A stretch of 64,000 nucleotides of DNA, from contig CAYMZD010000001.1 of assembly GCA_964394855.1 (NCBI GenBank), positions 120,107 to 184,106 on the forward strand, read 5' to 3'. This document shows, piece after piece, positions 27,369-37,757 of the stretch. The DNA is from an uncultured Gammaproteobacteria bacterium. Lineage in GTDB: Bacteria > Patescibacteriota > Microgenomatia > Daviesbacterales > UBA10151. How positions within the stretch are numbered: the stretch's first letter is position 1; every line of letters starts with the position of its first letter. Both the position numbers and the translations under genes were made by a program. The notes beneath the pieces are model-generated. The model was not told the origin of the DNA, made no database searches, and worked only from the letters and a program-made list of their open reading frames with translations.

Positions 27369-30300
27369 TTATGGAGCATCCCAGAAGGTAATATCTGCAA
27401 AAGATTGAGAAGTCTTTGGGGTAGCTTTACCCGGGACAGGAAGCGGAGGACTAATAATGATGGTGTCTCCGCTATTATTATAAACATCCAGCAAGCCTGT
27501 ATAAAGTTGCATCCCGTTTATATTCTCTAAATTATAAGCAATATCTGCTGCAGTGATATTCGATTGAACAGTAGAGGAACACCCAAAGGCCACACAATTT
27601 AATTTAGCTGTTACTAATTGCTGCAGCAGCACCATTCTGGCTTTATCAACTTCACCCCGTTGAGCGAGTTTTCCTTTGCCAGTTGATTTCATGGAAATAT
27701 TTGAGTAGTAAGCACCAAAGAGTTGGCTTTGTTTAGGAACCTGGAAATTTGTAATTGACCCTTTATGAGGAGCAGTGCCGATTAGCATGCCACCAGAGAA
27801 GTGGGTTGCAAAAACTGTAGATGTAAAACTGGTATGAGTCTGCCAAAAACCCTGGGTTCTGGTGGGACCGGGCTTGAAGTTATTGAACGTGCAGGTTACT
27901 TCTGCAGCCGGATCAAGAGAAATAATAACACTTGTACCATTCACCACTATATTTGTGTATGGTGATCGGTCACTATCATTGATACAATTTATTCCTTGAA
28001 ACTGCCAAAATGCAGGTAAAGTCTCCCCGGCAGTATAAACCGCGTTTGCAGAAAGATTTTCAAAGGTCTTTGCTTGCGGGTAATTAGTTCCCGTCGGATC
28101 TTGAACCCCGGCATCATCATCTAGGAAAAAATTATCCTTGCCAGTGAATGAAAATTCAAAATCCTGGGCGTCATTAGGAGTAGCATCTTTAACTATAGTA
28201 ACTTTACCTTGTTTTGTATTAGTAAATGTACAGGTTACTACATCCCCATTATGCAAGGTTATTGAAGCTGGGGTATTGCCTTCCCCATTACACACTCCCC
28301 CATCACTATCCCAGTCAGTAACCGCACCTTCGGAAACACTGTATGTTCCAAGCGCAAGGAAGCCGGAATCATTTTGCTGACCGTCAATTAAGTTAAAGGT
28401 GGCACCACTGTTGTAGCTCGGAGTAAATGTAAAGCTCTGACTACTACCGTCTGGCAATGTTTGCTTGACAACAATTATCTTGCCGGCTACAAAAGTTTTG
28501 GTGGCATCTTCACTGGAACCGTGGGTGCCATCAGTTGCTCGAGCGAGTGAAACACCGCCTACATTAAGAGTAACCGTGGCATGAATCGTAACTGTACCAG
28601 GCGAAGCACTGGTAAAGACGATTATACATTGGCCGCTTACATCTGTATTTGGTCCGGCGTCATCACAAGTGCTGGCAGTATTGTCAAGAACCGATACAGC
28701 TCCACCTGAATCCGCGAGCGTGAAGTCAACGTGCTCACCTGCGGCCGGCGTAGCACCTGTACCGGGATCTTTGGTTACGGTAACTGTTACTGTGTGTGGA
28801 GCGTTGACGTTGTTTTCAGCGGTTAACGGACTCAGCGCGATATTTGCATCAACATAAGTCTTAGTAGCTGGACCGGAATTGTCTCCAACCCCGTTTGTCT
28901 GAAGTTTGAATTCAACGCCGTTAACAACAACTGTCGAACGGGCGGTGATCGTAAAGACTCCAGCAACACTTGAATTTATCGTTACCGTGCACTGACCGCT
29001 TGCGTTTACACCATCATTACAATCCGAAACGTCAAGACTTGTTGATGGACTAACAATCGCATTTGCAAGTGTACCTTCAGGAACCGGAACGAATCCTGAA
29101 CCAGTGTTTTGTTCAACTGTCACGATGAAATCGTGTGAATTTCCGACTTCGTTGGTTGAAGTATTGGGAGTAATACTAATCCGAGCATTTACATAGTCTT
29201 TTTGTGCATCGGCGCTATTGTCTCCGCCTGTTCCAGTTGAAACATTTAGAGTAACACCAAGCACAGTTGGACTGGCTGAAGCGTTAACAACTACATGACC
29301 CGGAGTTGGGGAATTGATAGTTATCGAACAAGCACCACCGGTAGTAGTACAGGTATTAGGACTTGCGGGAACAAATACTGCTGTCGCGCCATTTGAATTA
29401 GTAATTGAGAAAGTAATAGTTGTACCATCAGCAGCTGGTCCCCATACACCATCGCCATTTTGAACCTGAACATTTGCCGAGATTACGTGATCATCTCCAA
29501 TTTTGTTTGCATCCGTAAGAGGAGTAAGGTCAATCTGTGCTGCCGGCTTATTGTTTGTGAAGGTACACGTGACATCTTCGCCTGCTGCAATGTTAAAGGT
29601 TGCGATTCCTGTCTTAATATCTCCCGTACTGTCACCATCGTTACATGTAATATTCGTTAATGCCCAACCGCTAAGCACGGCTTCCGTTGAGCTATACACG
29701 CCTGGGACTACTTCTTCGGTTGCAGTGTCGCCGTCGCCTAATGTTCCTGCAACATTACCCGTAAATATGAACTCCGCTGGATCTCCGTCAGGAATTGTTT
29801 GTTTCTCAATTGTTATGTGACCCTTTCTTGTATTCGTGATTGTGCAAGTCTTGTCATCTCCGGCAGCAAGTGTAATAGTACCAGCGGTAGCTGTACCTCC
29901 ACAGCCTACTCCACTAACAACACTCGTATAATCACTTAAGTTTGTTCCCGTTCCAGCTGCTTCTGCAAAAGTATTGGAACCAATGTTGGCAAACTGAGCG
30001 TTAGTTGTCCCTCCATTGCTAACATCTGTAACATATTGGGTGCCGTTAATTGAGAGGTTGAATTTGCCGGTATCATTTGTGGGATCGGTTACTTTAACAA
30101 CTGTTAATTTTGGCTTCTTGGTGTTAGTAAAAGTACAGGTAGTGGTTTGTCCGGCTACTACGGTCACACCCGTTACCCCATTTGTTCCGGCAGTAAATGC
30201 CTTATCACAAGAGGCAGAACCAAAATTCCAGCCAGAAGGAACAGTTTCCGTAATAGCATAGTTTGTACCTGAATTAACTGGGGTAGGACCGCTTGAGCCA

Positions 30301-31982
30301 GTACCTCCGGAGGTGGTAATGCTGGGAGTCAAAGGTGTGGGACCGGTAACACTATAATTAAATGTCATATCCCCACCAGTGGTATTTTTTACGATTACCA
30401 AATTCCCCTGCTGAAGGGTATTAATAAAGGTACAAGTTACATTTTCCCCCTCTTTTAAATTAATTGTCGCGGTTGATCCGCTAACTGATTGTGTGCCACC
30501 ATTAGGACTAGTGACAGAACATGAGGCCGAATCAAATCCCCAACCAGTAGGAACTGGTGTTTCATTAACAGAGTATGTCTGGAAATCTACGATATTAGAA
30601 AACACCCTTGTGTTTGCTGATGTGCCATCATCAACAAGCGAGAAATTTGTTAAAGGTGAAGGAGATGCTGTAAATAGAAAAGAAGTTGATCCGTTTGGTG
30701 TCGCGTCTTTGATAATTGTTATTGATCCGGGAAAAATAACTGCGGCTGCGGAAAGTGATCTGTCCTGATTGCCGCCACTTCCGTCAAGATCAATAAGTCT
30801 GGTATGGTACGGAGATCCCGAAATATTCACTGCTGAATTATCCAATCCCCAATCAGCTCTAGTAGAAATATGCCCACCCCAAGCCAGCACCGGATTAGCA
30901 ACACTGGCAGTAAATGTAATTGTAATTCTTGCTGATTTATCACCGGTAAAACCCGTACCATCTGCGTATGAATAGGGGCTAACAGCAGTAATGGTTCCAC
31001 CATAAAGTGTGAAATTACCGGCAATTGGAGTTACTCCGGCTCCGGTCACTTGCGGATCCGCCGGTATAGGATCAGTGTTTAGACTACCACATCCACTAAC
31101 CCCTAAACATGGATTAGCTGTTGCTACCGTTTGATTAAAAGTTGTCAGATAATCAATTGCATGTTTACTGCTTTTAGTTGTATCCCATTCTATGGTGACT
31201 GTATGTGAAGCAAGACTTAAGTTGTCAAATGTTAATCTGTAAGGAATTGAATCACCTTCAAAGTACGAAGATTTACTTGCGCCAAGATTTCCGTTTACCC
31301 AATCGCTGGCACTGGCACTGCAACCATCGGTACTTGGAGATGGAGCCGGATCATTTGCACATTGATCCAGCCTAGCAGATGGATTAGCGTCTGTAAATGT
31401 TGTTGTTGCAACAATATTGCCTGAAGAATCCTTGAGTTCTACTTCATAGTTGGGTCTGTAAGTTCCATCTAACTGATAAGCATAAACAAATTCTCCTTTT
31501 TCGTTTGTTGTCACTTGGGTGCTAAACTCAAGTGCCGGGGGGCCGTCTGAAGTAATCACAAGAGTGTAAGTGGTATTTACTTTCAAACCTGTTCCGGAGA
31601 TAACTACCGTATCTGTTGGGGCATAGTCTGCTTTATCTGTAATCAAAGAAGCAGAGCTTGTTACATCAACCGGATCTAAATCAAGGCTGGTAACAGAGCT
31701 GGCTGAGGTATCCGATAAAACAACTGCTGTTAACTGCCCTTCGGCAGTGGGTGATGGGGATGGTGAAACTTCTGGAGTTGCGGTTGGTCCCGATTCAATC
31801 GGGGTTGGGGTAGGAGTCTCAGAGGGTGTAGGAGAAGGTGAAGGTTCAGAAGAAGGACTAATGGTTGGTTCTGCTGTAGACGTGGCTTCCTGGGCATAGG
31901 CCAAAGGACCAAGAGTATTAAAAACTAAAAGAAGAGAGGTAATGAAAGAAAAAAATTTACGAGAAATGCTTCTTCTATTCAT
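27369..31982 (-). CDS. Large surface protein with repeated SpaA/prealbumin-like and Ig-like domains
   Basis: Signal peptide, P/S/T linker, repeated I.I.K.T.P...E...GW...C...TCTFTN modules. Confidence 0.85.
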   Translation of the reverse strand: MNRRSISRKFFSFITSLLLVFNTLGPLAYAQEATSTAEPTISPSSEPSPSPTPSETPTPTPIESGPTATPEVSPSPSPTAEGQLTAVVLSDTSASSVTSLDLDPVDVTSSASLITDKADYAPTDTVVISGTGLKVNTTYTLVITSDGPPALEFSTQVTTNEKGEFVYAYQLDGTYRPNYEVELKDSSGNIVATTTFTDANPSARLDQCANDPAPSPSTDGCSASASDWVNGNLGASKSSYFEGDSIPYRLTFDNLSLASHTVTIEWDTTKSSKHAIDYLTTFNQTVATANPCLGVSGCGSLNTDPIPADPQVTGAGVTPIAGNFTLYGGTITAVSPYSYADGTGFTGDKSARITITFTASVANPVLAWGGHISTRADWGLDNSAVNISGSPYHTRLIDLDGSGGNQDRSLSAAAVIFPGSITIIKDATPNGSTSFLFTASPSPLTNFSLVDDGTSANTRVFSNIVDFQTYSVNETPVPTGWGFDSASCSVTSPNGGTQSVSGSTATINLKEGENVTCTFINTLQQGNLVIVKNTTGGDMTFNYSVTGPTPLTPSITTSGGTGSSGPTPVNSGTNYAITETVPSGWNFGSASCDKAFTAGTNGVTGVTVVAGQTTTCTFTNTKKPKLTVVKVTDPTNDTGKFNLSINGTQYVTDVSNGGTTNAQFANIGSNTFAEAAGTGTNLSDYTSVVSGVGCGGTATAGTITLAAGDDKTCTITNTRKGHITIEKQTIPDGDPAEFIFTGNVAGTLGDGDTATEEVVPGVYSSTEAVLSGWALTNITCNDGDSTGDIKTGIATFNIAAGEDVTCTFTNNKPAAQIDLTPLTDANKIGDDHVISANVQVQNGDGVWGPAADGTTITFSITNSNGATAVFVPASPNTCTTTGGACSITINSPTPGHVVVNASASPTVLGVTLNVSTGTGGDNSADAQKDYVNARISITPNTSTNEVGNSHDFIVTVEQNTGSGFVPVPEGTLANAIVSPSTSLDVSDCNDGVNASGQCTVTINSSVAGVFTITARSTVVVNGVEFKLQTNGVGDNSGPATKTYVDANIALSPLTAENNVNAPHTVTVTVTKDPGTGATPAAGEHVDFTLADSGGAVSVLDNTASTCDDAGPNTDVSGQCIIVFTSASPGTVTIHATVTLNVGGVSLARATDGTHGSSEDATKTFVAGKIIVVKQTLPDGSSQSFTFTPSYNSGATFNLIDGQQNDSGFLALGTYSVSEGAVTDWDSDGGVCNGEGNTPASITLHNGDVVTCTFTNTKQGKVTIVKDATPNDAQDFEFSFTGKDNFFLDDDAGVQDPTGTNYPQAKTFENLSANAVYTAGETLPAFWQFQGINCINDSDRSPYTNIVVNGTSVIISLDPAAEVTCTFNNFKPGPTRTQGFWQTHTSFTSTVFATHFSGGMLIGTAPHKGSITNFQVPKQSQLFGAYYSNISMKSTGKGKLAQRGEVDKARMVLLQQLVTAKLNCVAFGCSSTVQSNITAADIAYNLENINGMQLYTGLLDVYNNSGDTIIISPPLPVPGKATPKTSQSFADITFWDAP

Positions 31983-32070
31983 CTAAATGTTGTATAACAT
32001 ATTTAAATAACTCATTGCAATACCCCATTTTTCCCCTGTATTTCTATATCCTCCTTTTGTTTTTTTAATC

Positions 32071-32102
32071 ATCAAATAGTATTAGAATCAAATAGTATTA
32101 GA
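32071..32102. repeat. Tandem 16-bp duplication
   Basis: ATCAAATAGTATTAGA x2. Confidence 0.9.
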
Positions 32103-32126
32103 ATAAAGTAAGCAGTCTATTCTACT

Positions 32127-32369
32127 ATGAATTTAGGATTACATCATTTATGGGAACGCTCCAGGAAACTGGAAAATGAGACTGTGGATTTTTTTATCGC
32201 CTCATTATTTTGGCTCTTATACGGCCTGGTTCACAAAGCCAAACCCCTGATCTATACCAATATCTATCGCAGCCCTTTTCCTGCATTTTCTCATTATCCT
32301 GGGTATTATCTTACATCGTCTTTAGTTTGTTTCTTTATACTTGATGTGAATATTAAATATATTGTATAA
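32127..32369 (+). pseudogene. Possible SemiSWEET/PQ-loop transporter remnant
   Basis: LFWLLYGLVHKAKPLIYTNI resembles the C-terminal half of SemiSWEET; flanks do not match. Confidence 0.35.
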
Positions 32370-32377
32370 TTTAAGAC

Positions 32378-33508
32378 GTGCGCAAAAGAAGGGTCGCTAT
32401 TTTTTTAGGGTTATGCTTTTTGGGTTTGGTATTTTTTATAATCAACAAAAATTTTATTGAGCATACTAATTCCGACTCTTCAAAACAAAAATTAGAGGTA
32501 GTTACCAAAGAAAAAAAACAGCTGGAAATTGTGGCTAAAAATCTGGATGTGCCTTGGGCCTTGGCTTTTCTGCCAAACGGCGATCTTTTATTTACCGAAA
32601 GAGTTGGCAACATCAAATTGATTAAAAAGGATTTTAGCGAACCACCAATCTTAGTTGCCAAAATACCCGATGTCTTACAAAGCGTGGAATCAGGACTTCA
32701 CGGCATTGCGGTTCACCCTAATTATCCTAATGAACCTTACATATTTGTTTACTATACTTATCAGTCCGAAAGCAGTGGTTCCCCTAATAATTTAAACAAG
32801 GTGGTCCGTTTTAAATTTTATCCTGCTGTTACGGGTGACAAAGCGTATCAGCTCTCGGAAGAAACTATTATGGTTGATAAAATTCCCGGGGCTAACTTCC
32901 ATGACGGAGGAAGAATTAAATTTGGACCTAATAAAAATTTATATATCACCACCGGCGATGCTACTAACCCTTCTCTATCCCAAGATCTAAATTCTCCGGC
33001 AGGTAAGATTTTAAAAATTAGTAAAGACCACTTGGAAGAAAACGCCCCGGTGGAAATTTTTTCCCTTGGCCATCGCAATCCCCAAGGCATTACCTGGGAT
33101 AACAAAGAAAATCTTTGGGAGGCAGAACACGGCTCCGATGCCTTTGATGAAATTAATTTTATAGAAAAAGGTAAAAATTACGGCTGGCCCGAAATACGCG
33201 GATATCAGGAAAAGGAGAATATGGAAAAACCTATTTTGCACAGTGGCCAAGATACCTGGGCCCCGGCCGGGATGGCTTTTTTTGAAGGATCTTTGTATTT
33301 TGGGGGATTACGGGGACAAGCTCTTTACCAATATGATATCGAAAAGAAAGAATTAAAAACTTATTTAAAAGGTCAGCTGGGCAGAATTCGCGATGTAGTT
33401 TTAGGACCGGATAATCTTTTATATATTACTACTAGCAACCGCGATGGTAGAGGAACTCCCTCATCCCGTGACGATAAAATTCTCCGATTGGATCCAATAA
33501 CTCTCTAA
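32378..33508 (+). CDS. PQQ-dependent sugar dehydrogenase (GSDH family)
   Basis: PWALAFLP, HDGGRIKFGP, TGD, GHRNPQG, EHG, NYGWP, GRIRDV. Confidence 0.92.
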   Translation: MRKRRVAIFLGLCFLGLVFFIINKNFIEHTNSDSSKQKLEVVTKEKKQLEIVAKNLDVPWALAFLPNGDLLFTERVGNIKLIKKDFSEPPILVAKIPDVLQSVESGLHGIAVHPNYPNEPYIFVYYTYQSESSGSPNNLNKVVRFKFYPAVTGDKAYQLSEETIMVDKIPGANFHDGGRIKFGPNKNLYITTGDATNPSLSQDLNSPAGKILKISKDHLEENAPVEIFSLGHRNPQGITWDNKENLWEAEHGSDAFDEINFIEKGKNYGWPEIRGYQEKENMEKPILHSGQDTWAPAGMAFFEGSLYFGGLRGQALYQYDIEKKELKTYLKGQLGRIRDVVLGPDNLLYITTSNRDGRGTPSSRDDKILRLDPITL

Positions 33509-33520
33509 CCAAATGCAAAC

Positions 33521-33982
33521 CTAGGCATTTTTGGATGTTAATAACTTAAATGTATAAAAGGCTGCTATAACCTCAACCATCAACATCAACAAATTTAAGC
33601 CATCTGACGAGGAACTCATCCAACCTGATGATAAATAAAATACGTTATTTAAAAAAGCTCCCCCTAAAAGTCCCATCAAAAGTAAACTCAAAATTAATTT
33701 ATTACCCTGTTTTTTAAGTAGCAACCAGACTAAGGAAATAAAAAGTGACAACCCCACCAGTGTTTCCCCCCACATGGTTAAGCTGCCAAATAAAGATGCA
33801 TTGGGTATGGCTACAGACCGCAAGAAATCTTTAACAAGAGGGTAAGGATTCCCTTCAACAAATTTTTTTAATGTCCCTTCCATTCCCGCCACAAATTTTC
33901 CACCGCTTAATTTTCCGTACGAACTGCGAAGCCAAATAAAATCAATTACCAAAAGTATAAACAGCAGATATCGATTAAACAT
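33521..33982 (-). CDS. DoxX/DoxD-like membrane protein
   Basis: W..S..GK, NPYP, WGE.LVG; four TM segments. Confidence 0.6.
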   Translation of the reverse strand: MFNRYLLFILLVIDFIWLRSSYGKLSGGKFVAGMEGTLKKFVEGNPYPLVKDFLRSVAIPNASLFGSLTMWGETLVGLSLFISLVWLLLKKQGNKLILSLLLMGLLGGAFLNNVFYLSSGWMSSSSDGLNLLMLMVEVIAAFYTFKLLTSKNA

Positions 33983-34079
33983 TTTATCTCACCTCTTTAT
34001 AGATAGGGTAAACTGATGTTTTGTCAATAGTCAACACCTTTTAAAAATTAGGGACTTGACAAATAAATAAATTAAATAG

Positions 34080-34754
34080 ATGATTAATTTAGTGAATAAA
34101 TTTTCTGCCCAAAAAGGCCCCACCAGCGAGCTAGGTGTTGTTAGCCCCATTATCATCGTGGTAGGTGTGGTAGTGTTAATAGCGGTGGTACTGTTGGCTT
34201 CAGGAGCCCTTAAATTTAGTGCTAATATTAAAAGTGGTAGTCAGCCTTCCAGTTCTTCCTCTCAAAAAGCACCTGAAAAACCCAAAGTGGAACTGACTGA
34301 AACTTACACCAATCAGGATTTAGGAATTTCCATAAAATATCCTAACAAGTGGGAGGTTGATACTTCCCAAAAAGTACCAATTATTTATTCCACAGATTGG
34401 GATGCCAAATCAGCTAATGATAGCCCAGCAGGGGTAATTTTAGCTTCTACCAAAAGAGCTGACCAGACCAAAGACATGAGTAAAGCCACGGTTTATGATA
34501 TCCGTAAAATTGAGCTGCAGAAAGAATATCCGGGAGCAACTTTTGGTGAGGATAAAGACATTCAATTGGGTAGTATTGATGCCCATGTTTATGAATTTAC
34601 CTATGTCAATGTCAAAAACGATTTTGAGGGAAGATATTACTTGGTGGTAACTGAAAATAAGTTATATGGATTATTAGCTACAGCTATCAAAGCAAAGTGG
34701 GCAGATTATGAAGATGTCCTCTCTCGCATAGTTCAAACATTAACACTACTTTAA
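34080..34754 (+). CDS. Membrane-anchored PsbP-like protein with pilin-like N-terminus
   Basis: QKG...VVSPII hydrophobic N-terminus; YTN.DLGISIKYP.KW; IVQTL end. Confidence 0.65.
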   Translation: MINLVNKFSAQKGPTSELGVVSPIIIVVGVVVLIAVVLLASGALKFSANIKSGSQPSSSSSQKAPEKPKVELTETYTNQDLGISIKYPNKWEVDTSQKVPIIYSTDWDAKSANDSPAGVILASTKRADQTKDMSKATVYDIRKIELQKEYPGATFGEDKDIQLGSIDAHVYEFTYVNVKNDFEGRYYLVVTENKLYGLLATAIKAKWADYEDVLSRIVQTLTLL

Positions 34755-34765
34755 AAACTTTCTGA

Positions 34766-36010
34766 TTATTTTATTTTACTAGTGAGACGTTGCAAAGCCA
34801 AAATATAGGCGGCTTTTCTTAAATTCACTTTTTCTTGTCCTCGTATATTCCATACCTCACCAAAGGCTTTGATCATTTTTGCTTTAAGTTTACTAACCAC
34901 TTTTTGATATGGCCAATTTTCTGCTTTCATGTTTTGCCACCACTCAAAATAGGAAACTGTCACACCGCCGCAGTTGCCCAAAACATCAGGTACCACCATC
35001 ACTTTTTTCTTTTCCAGAATTTCATCTGCCTCGACAGAAGTTGGCCCGTTAGCCATTTCTAAAATAATTTTAGCTTTTATTTGGGAAGCATTTTTCCCAG
35101 TTATAACACCCTCCAAAGCAGCTGGAATCAAAATATCAACAGGCAGCTCAAGCAGTTCCTTGTTTGAGATCAAACCATCTTTTTGCTTGCTTGCTAAATC
35201 ACAAACGCTACCTTTGCAGTAACAATCAGCAATTAAACCTTTCTCCAACTTACAAACTTTAACAAGTTGTATATTAAAGCCATCATTACTTTTGTCATAA
35301 ATTGCTCCCCGGGAATCAGACAAAGCCACCACTTTGTATCCATGCCGGTGGAGTAGCGCTGCCAAGTGCGAACCAACATTACCAAACCCTTGTATTGCCA
35401 CAGTCAGTGGTTTTTTTAGTTTAATTTTTTTAATCAGCTCCTCTAACACAAAGAATCCACCCAAACCCGTAGCCTCTTCTCTTCCTGCTGATCCACCATG
35501 TTGTAGCGATTTTCCAGTCACCACGGCAGGATTACCATACTCATCAGCAATCCAATCCATCACTTGTGAGTTAGTATTAACATCAGGAGCCGGCACATCA
35601 ATTGTTGGACCAATATTGGCAGCCAGAGCTTTTGTAAAAGCTCGGGTTAATCTTTCCAGCTCTTTTTTGGATAAAGTTTTGGGGTCTATTTGAAGACCCC
35701 CTTTGCCTCCACCAAAAGGAACTCCCACCAGGGCATTTTTAATCATCATCCAAAAAGATAAAGCCTTAACCTCATCTAAACTAACATTGGGATGATAACG
35801 CAAACCTCCTTTATAAGGACCCAACCAGTTGTTGTACTGGACTCTATACCCCCTAACAAGTTGATGTTTACCATTATCCAGTTTTAAAGGGATGTTAACT
35901 TCAATCTGCCTCTGCGGTATAGATAAAATTTGCAAAACATCAGCCGGAATTTTTAAAATTTGGGATGTTTTTTTAAGCTGCACCAGAGCATTATCAAAAG
36001 TGTTCATCAA
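34766..36010 (-). CDS. gdhA: Glu/Leu/Phe/Val dehydrogenase (glutamate dehydrogenase)
   Basis: GPYKGGLRYHP, GGGKGG, PAPDVNT, QGFGNVG, EMANGP. Confidence 0.93.
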   Translation of the reverse strand: MMNTFDNALVQLKKTSQILKIPADVLQILSIPQRQIEVNIPLKLDNGKHQLVRGYRVQYNNWLGPYKGGLRYHPNVSLDEVKALSFWMMIKNALVGVPFGGGKGGLQIDPKTLSKKELERLTRAFTKALAANIGPTIDVPAPDVNTNSQVMDWIADEYGNPAVVTGKSLQHGGSAGREEATGLGGFFVLEELIKKIKLKKPLTVAIQGFGNVGSHLAALLHRHGYKVVALSDSRGAIYDKSNDGFNIQLVKVCKLEKGLIADCYCKGSVCDLASKQKDGLISNKELLELPVDILIPAALEGVITGKNASQIKAKIILEMANGPTSVEADEILEKKKVMVVPDVLGNCGGVTVSYFEWWQNMKAENWPYQKVVSKLKAKMIKAFGEVWNIRGQEKVNLRKAAYILALQRLTSKIK

Positions 36011-37269
36011 TTTAAAATCTTGGCAAATTTATTCTTTGATTTAAAAGGACCAATTATTTGCAAATTAAATTTATTTTTTTGAAAAAGTTCTTGGGCCACT
36101 ACCTGTACATCCTCTGCGGTAACCCCATCAATTTTAGACAAATATTCTTCAAAAGTTTCTATTTTCCTATCCAAGACAAATTCCGTACCAAAGTGTTCTG
36201 CTAAAAAATTAGTGGACTCCGAACGGATAGCTAATCTCCCCCTAATCATTTCCTTGGCTTTTTTTAATTCCTCGCTACTGACTTTTTCTAAAATTATCTT
36301 TTGAAGTTCACTCAAAATAACCCTTAATCCTTCCTCAACATTTTCTATTTTCAAACCGGCATAGACTGCAAAAATACCACAATCAATGTAGCAATCATGA
36401 CCAGCACTTACATGATATGCTAAACCCCGCCTTTCTCGAATCTGCAAAAAAAGCCTTGATGACATTCCCTCCCCTAAAATTGTCCCCAGCACTCTGGCCG
36501 CATATCTTTTTTTATTAAATCTGTCAAATCCTTCCGTACCCAAAACCAAATGAGCTTGATCTGTCTGCTTGAAAAACAAATTTGTCTTTGGTTTATTTTG
36601 TTTTTCTTTTTTAAATGGAGTTGCTTTAAATTTACCTCTTTTAGGCAAACCCAAAAAATATTTTTCTGCCTCTTTTTCAATGTTTTTAGGAAAATTTCCG
36701 GCAAAAACTAAAGACATATTATTAGGAGAATAAATACTTCTCACATAATTTACAAAATCCTGTCTGGTCAATGATTTAATAGAGTCTTCACTCCCACCGA
36801 GATCCCAACCCAAGGGCTGATTTCCAAATTGCAGCATTTCGTATAGAGTCCATATATACCTTGCCGGATCATCTTTAATCATCCTCATCTCTTCAATAAT
36901 GATCCCTTTTTCTTTCTCTATTTCTTTCCCTGAAAGAAGTGACTCTTTTAACATCGATGATAAAATATCCATAGAGAGTTCCAGATTTTTGGCTGAAGAT
37001 TTTATCCAATAATAAGTAAATTCTTTGCTGGTGGCGGCATTATTAACAGCACCTATTCCATCAATCAAAGTGGAAATTTGCTCGGCAGAAGGGAATTTTC
37101 TGCTTCCTTTAAAAAACATGTGTTCTAAAAAGTGAGAAATACCCTTAATTTTTTTTGTTTCATATCTTGATCCTGCACCTACTGCCACCAGGGTTGTCAC
37201 AGAATCAAGATGGGGCATGGGAATGGTGATTAAAGTCAGACCATTTTTCAATGTGGTTTTAGAAAACAT
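36007..37269 (-). CDS. M16 family zinc peptidase
   Basis: GSRYE, HFLEHM.FKG, SSRLF..IRE.RGLAY. Confidence 0.93.
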   Translation of the reverse strand: MFSKTTLKNGLTLITIPMPHLDSVTTLVAVGAGSRYETKKIKGISHFLEHMFFKGSRKFPSAEQISTLIDGIGAVNNAATSKEFTYYWIKSSAKNLELSMDILSSMLKESLLSGKEIEKEKGIIIEEMRMIKDDPARYIWTLYEMLQFGNQPLGWDLGGSEDSIKSLTRQDFVNYVRSIYSPNNMSLVFAGNFPKNIEKEAEKYFLGLPKRGKFKATPFKKEKQNKPKTNLFFKQTDQAHLVLGTEGFDRFNKKRYAARVLGTILGEGMSSRLFLQIRERRGLAYHVSAGHDCYIDCGIFAVYAGLKIENVEEGLRVILSELQKIILEKVSSEELKKAKEMIRGRLAIRSESTNFLAEHFGTEFVLDRKIETFEEYLSKIDGVTAEDVQVVAQELFQKNKFNLQIIGPFKSKNKFAKILN

Positions 37270-37292
37270 AAACGTAAGTGTAGCAGGGTTTG

Positions 37293-37757
37293 TTATCTAA
37301 TTCCACCATGCAGAGTAAACCCGGGATGAACGGCATAGTATGAGTGAATTTGTCTACCTGGTTTGTCGCCATAACCTTCTGGCACTTTTCCGTTTGCTGG
37401 TCTAGGATTTAATCTCTCCCTCAATGCATTTCTTAATGAACTGGTCAGCAATATCTGAGCTGATCTTCTAGAAAGTCCCCTTTCTTCAACTGCATCCAAC
37501 AACGATGCTTGTCTTTTTTTGTGTGATGTAATAACTACCAAACCATTCAAAATCTCATCTTTCCTGAATCTTAATCTACCACGATTAATATCGGGAGTAT
37601 TTAAAATAATTCCCATCATTTCGGCAAGACCACCCAAGATCTCCTCCTGCAGATCAGGAGTTAATGTTGGATATCTCTTACTTCTCCTTAAAGCCACTTC
37701 TGCAATAGACCTATTTATATCTGCGTTTTCGGATACTCTATCTTGCATATAATTCAA
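37293..37757 (-). CDS. Hypothetical protein
   Basis: 154-aa ORF overlapping the cysS stop. Confidence 0.5.
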   Translation of the reverse strand: MNYMQDRVSENADINRSIAEVALRRSKRYPTLTPDLQEEILGGLAEMMGIILNTPDINRGRLRFRKDEILNGLVVITSHKKRQASLLDAVEERGLSRRSAQILLTSSLRNALRERLNPRPANGKVPEGYGDKPGRQIHSYYAVHPGFTLHGGIR

